Source: Pseudomonadota bacterium (GTDB lineage Bacteria; Bdellovibrionota; Bdellovibrionia; Bdellovibrionales; SG-bin7). Taken from it: DNA of 21,427 bases. This document shows positions 18,499-21,427 of this stretch, piece after piece. The translations under genes were made by a program, and so were the position numbers. Position 1 is the first letter of the stretch. Each line of letters begins with the position of its first letter. Under the pieces are notes generated by a model. It worked only from the letters and a program-made list of their open reading frames with translations, made no database searches and was not told where the DNA came from. The stretch covers positions 1 to 21,427 of the forward strand of contig JAWXAY010000062.1 of the NCBI GenBank assembly GCA_034439715.1, written 5' to 3'.

Positions 18499-18524
18499 TT
18501 ACCTTGATAATTACCTTGATAATT
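18499..18524. repeat. Exact 12-bp tandem duplication TTACCTTGATAA x2
   Basis: Copies at 18499-18510 and 18511-18522, followed by TT. Confidence 0.85.
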
Positions 18525-18544
18525 TAGTCGCTATTTTTTAATTT
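18516..18544 (+). promoter_or_regulatory. Putative sigma-70 promoter of tRNA-Gln
   Basis: TTGATA (18516-18521), 17 nt, TAATTT (18539-18544), then a GC-rich GCGC discriminator-like segment. Confidence 0.55.
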
Positions 18545-18566
18545 AAGCGCTGCAATTAATTTCTGT

Positions 18567-18642
18567 TGGGGCGTCGCCAAGTTGGTAAGGCATCAGATTT
18601 TGATTCTGATATCCGCAGGTTCGAGTCCTGCCGCCCCATCCA
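18567..18642 (+). tRNA. tRNA-Gln (anticodon UUG)
   Basis: Acceptor stem TGGGGCG/CGCCCCA, D-arm GCC-AAGTTGGTAA-GGC, anticodon stem TCAGA/TCTGA with TTG at 18600-18602, T-arm GCAGG-TTCGAGT-CCTGC, encoded CCA. Confidence 0.97.
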
Positions 18643-18763
18643 TATTTCCTTCTCAAATTTTTGGATCCAAAAAAAGCTGAAGCGAGTCAGGCGACTGGCT
18701 TATTTTCATTAGAGATTTTAACCAGAGATAGTATTTCACAGAATTTCGGTGCATTTCCGATTT

Positions 18764-18793
18764 TGGTAGCATGGTGGTAGCACGTTGGTAGCA
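18764..18793. repeat. Three TGGTAGCA direct repeats at an 11-bp period
   Basis: Exact copies start at 18764, 18775 and 18786. Confidence 0.85.
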
Positions 18794-18928
18794 TCATCCC
18801 ATCCGCTCTTTTCGTAGTTCCACACAGACATTTTTCCATTCCTAGAATTTGGAATCCCATTTCAAAGTAATGGCAATCGCTCTTTCAAATCCATAATTTC
18901 AAAAACTTAAATTTTAAAGGAGGTCCTC

Positions 18929-19099
18929 ATGGGACTAAGTAAAATTATTCAAGCGGCGGCAGTTTTGGCGATCATCGCGGCTTCAACCGGCCAGCTACCA
19001 CGCATTATTAACTACGTTCACAAAGCACAGATTCAGTTGATCCAAGACTCGAAAGCATCAAAGTGGCCTAAGGCTATGTTGCTACCATCAAAGGAATAG
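18929..19099 (+). CDS. Small 56-aa protein with an N-terminal hydrophobic helix (absent from the ORF track)
   Basis: AAAGGAGGT SD (18916-18924). Translation MGLSKIIQAAAVLAIIAASTGQLPRIINYVHKAQIQLIQDSKASKWPKAMLLPSKE; TAG at 19097-19099. Confidence 0.75.
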   Translation: MGLSKIIQAAAVLAIIAASTGQLPRIINYVHKAQIQLIQDSKASKWPKAMLLPSKE

Positions 19100-19144
19100 T
19101 GACGTTGTAGGTTTGGATCTTTGAATTTCTACAAAGTCTTTTAT

Positions 19145-19377
19145 CGTGGTTATTCTTTACCGCTCACTTCGTCGTGGGTCTTATTTCGGTCCTCCGCACG
19201 GACTTCACGCCAATCTCTCACAAAAGTGCCCGCCGTTGGCGGGGCGAGATTGTCATGAGTCCTGCCGCTTTCGCGTGTCGGGCCGAGACCCACTCCTGCG
19301 TTCACTTTTTCTCGCCTTGGGATTCCTCAGCCTTAGATGAAGGAATCCCGCAAGGGAGAAAATAACTAAAAACCACG
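19145..19377. other. Branched, highly base-paired non-coding element (ssDNA or RNA structure)
   Basis: Closing stem CGTGGTT/AACCACG plus two long nested arms; individual pairings are listed in the finding. Confidence 0.75.
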
Positions 19378-19388
19378 GAGACTTTTTT

Positions 19389-19835
19389 ATGGATACAGAA
19401 ATTCAAAAACAACTTGAACAACTCGCAATCAAACGTTCAATTCCATTTTGTTACGGTTGCTACAAAGAAGCGCCCACTGGATGCTGTGACGCTTGTGGAT
19501 CAGACGATCTAATGCGTTTATTGCCCGGAGATGGTTGTGAATATAGCACGGACTGGATCATCAAGTCCATTTTAGAATCAGAATTGACGGCTGTAGATCT
19601 CGCTGAAAAATTTGAAGAACACATTCGTCAATGCTATCCCGAGACAACTCAGGTTGGTTGGATGAGTCTGGACACTGTCTCAGTGATGAAAGATCAAGAC
19701 CCAGTTTCTTGGAGTTGCGCGCTGTCTGAGTGGGAATCCCAAGAGGCTGAAGAAGGCACAATCATTTCGTTTGATGGTGGCTCAACTTATTATCGCTGCG
19801 ACGATGTCGAAAATCTCTTGCGGACCGAGGCTTGA
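19389..19835 (+). CDS. Acidic Cys-rich hypothetical protein with an N-terminal zinc-ribbon-like motif
   Basis: GGAG SD at 19377-19380; CYGC-x7-CCDAC; hand count of 30 D/E vs 11 K/R and 9 Cys in 148 aa. Confidence 0.85.
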   Translation: MDTEIQKQLEQLAIKRSIPFCYGCYKEAPTGCCDACGSDDLMRLLPGDGCEYSTDWIIKSILESELTAVDLAEKFEEHIRQCYPETTQVGWMSLDTVSVMKDQDPVSWSCALSEWESQEAEEGTIISFDGGSTYYRCDDVENLLRTEA

Positions 19836-19896
19836 TTCTAAGCATCAACTCAATAGAAATCTAGATTCACTGAACGATATGAGTGCCAACGAATTT

Positions 19897-20106
19897 TCAG
19901 TGCGGCCTCGCGTTCTTCAGAATTTCGATAACCCTGGCGCTTTCCTTCTCGGGGTTGTCGTGTACAAAGAGCGAATAATGTCTGTGATAGGATTCCACAT
20001 CGACACTCGATCTTTCGTGAAGTTCAAGAATCACATGATCCCGGAAATTTGTGGCCCAAAGTAGTCACTCTTTGTGGTGCTGTTGAACACTTCTTCCTGC
20101 TGGCAT
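19897..20106 (-). pseudogene. Possible gene remnant with an internal TGA
   Basis: MPAGRSVQQHHKE*LLWATNFRDHVILELHERSSVDVESYHRHYSLFVHDNPEKESARVIEILKNARPH*; protein-like composition but no clear SD. Confidence 0.25.
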
Positions 20107-20256
20107 AATGAGGCCGCGACAGGCTACGCGTGGGTTATTTTGTGCTCAGGGCTTGGCATCGAAGTTTTAAGCATAGTTGTTTTGCCGCTACACATCTGAG
20201 GTACCAAAGAGGCGCCTCCTTGGTTGACGAAAAATCAATTTAACCAGGGAGAAACA

Positions 20257-21372
20257 ATGACGCAATCCAATGGCGGAGCTCTATTTTCAGAGGGACGCAA
20301 GACACGAAGGTATGATTTAGAATTCAAGAGAAAGGTTATCGAGCGAGTTGTTGCCGGAGAATCGGTGCCGGCTATTTGTCGGGATTTAGGTATCACTGCT
20401 GTCGGTACTGTTCATGGATGGATTTATAAGCATCGTCGCAATAACGGCATCACGGCAGATTCGATGAAGAAGAGTCGCCGTCCACATCACCAGCCAAAGC
20501 TGACGAGTCAATGGATCGTGGATAAGATTTTAAAAATCAAAAAAGAAAAACCAGAAATGGGTGCCAAGGCGATGAGCGATCACCTACTGCGGTTTGAATC
20601 GGTGAACTTGTCGCATTCGACGATTGCTAAGGTTTTCAAAAAGCACAATGTGCCTGACGGTGATGCTGGGGCGGCCGAGGCCAGCTTCCGCACCAAGGGC
20701 GATAACAACAAGCAACTCGAGCAACAGGTGGAAAAGGAGATTGGCGAGTGGCAGCGCTTCAGTCGGCCCCATCCCAATGATCTTTGGCAGATGGACATCA
20801 TGGGATTTTATATTCGCGATGCGCACAAGGTGTATTTGATTTCAGCCATCGATGACTGCAGTCGAATGATAGTTGGTTGGGGGCTATTTCGCGAGCAGAT
20901 GGCAGAAAACGTGCTTGAAGTTTTACGTGGAAGTTTGGTCCGCTTTGGCGCGCCGAAAGAAATTCTTACCGATCAAGGGGCGCAGTTCAAGCACTGGGGT
21001 GGGATCACGCAGTTTGAAAAGCTTTTGAAGAAACTTAAAGTGGAACATATCACCGCCAGATCCCATCACCCGCAGACGTGCGGTAAGATCGAAGCGTTTC
21101 ATAAAAGCATTCATCGCGAGCTGATCGATAAGGAGTTTTTTGTGACTCAAGAGCAGGCGGTCGAGAAGATTGCGCGGTTCATTGAGCACTACAATTATGG
21201 CCGGCCTCATAGCGCGCTTGACGGCTTTACGCCATCGGATCGTTACTTTGGCATCGTCGAGTCGTTGAAGAAATATATCAGCGATTATCAGGCGCCGAAA
21301 AATAAGGACGAGGAGAAGTCTGAAAGTATGTACATCATCGAATCTAACCGTCAGCAAGTATTGATTTTTTAA
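20257..21372 (+). CDS. DDE (rve) transposase, IS481-like, single ORF with N-terminal HTH domains
   Basis: HTH (YDLEFKRKVIE...ICRDLGI...TVHGW), PNDLWQMD, IDDCSR, LTDQGAQF, HPQTCGKIE, YNYGRPHSAL..TP. ATG at 20257 with GGGAG SD. Confidence 0.92.
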   Translation: MTQSNGGALFSEGRKTRRYDLEFKRKVIERVVAGESVPAICRDLGITAVGTVHGWIYKHRRNNGITADSMKKSRRPHHQPKLTSQWIVDKILKIKKEKPEMGAKAMSDHLLRFESVNLSHSTIAKVFKKHNVPDGDAGAAEASFRTKGDNNKQLEQQVEKEIGEWQRFSRPHPNDLWQMDIMGFYIRDAHKVYLISAIDDCSRMIVGWGLFREQMAENVLEVLRGSLVRFGAPKEILTDQGAQFKHWGGITQFEKLLKKLKVEHITARSHHPQTCGKIEAFHKSIHRELIDKEFFVTQEQAVEKIARFIEHYNYGRPHSALDGFTPSDRYFGIVESLKKYISDYQAPKNKDEEKSESMYIIESNRQQVLIF

Positions 21373-21427
21373 ATTCCACTGGCGTATAGGCGGGTTTTCC
21401 GTCGAGTAGGTCTTGGGTCAGTTTCGG

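Larger units (their letters stand above)
18643..21427. mobile_element. Probable left portion of a genomic island inserted at the tRNA-Gln 3' end
   Basis: Immediately after the tRNA, dense core genes give way to phased short repeats, small orphan ORFs, a structured element and a transposase. No integrase or second att copy is in the window. Confidence 0.6.

Noticed and set aside
18860..18903. Three TTTCAAA copies upstream of the 56-aa ORF
   Set aside because: Irregular spacing in AT-rich DNA; compatible with chance.
19146..19365. Two short ORFs, 19146-19340 and 19174-19365
   Set aside because: No SD and no recognisable motifs; the nested base-pairing explains the region better.
19771..20064. 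97-aa plus-strand ORF
   Set aside because: Overlaps the end of the 148-aa gene, has no SD and shows no recognisable features.
20580..21357. Antisense and alternate-frame ORFs inside the transposase; possible IS3-type frameshift
   Set aside because: HTH and DDE domains are already in one frame. These and the other short ORFs nested in long genes look like shadow ORFs.

Overview
Bacterial chromosomal window; gene content and order suggest Bdellovibrionota (inference). Bases 1-18,560 are mostly core or envelope genes: a Tyr/Gln/Asn-rich lipoprotein, two small outer-membrane beta-barrels, a subtilase with a transmembrane helix and C-terminal PilZ domain, a TIGR01777 epimerase-like gene, and arfB. 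A tightly coupled minus-strand operon follows (moxR, DUF58, membrane protein, batA, batB, batC, batD) and ends in a DUF455 ferritin-like/ATP-grasp fusion. Next come an HtpX homolog lacking most zinc-site residues, DUF1844, spoVG and oligopeptidase B. tRNA-Gln(UUG) lies at 18567-18642, and what follows looks like the edge of an integrated element. It has three phased TGGTAGCA repeats, an uncalled 56-aa ORF, a ~230-nt highly base-paired element directly ahead of an acidic Cys-rich 148-aa protein, a possible gene remnant and an IS481-like transposase. The best novelty candidates are the structured element with its acidic protein, the di-iron/ATP-grasp fusion coupled to the MoxR-VWA operon, and the subtilase-TM-PilZ protein. 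All calls come from reading motifs by eye; no searches or folding programs were run.
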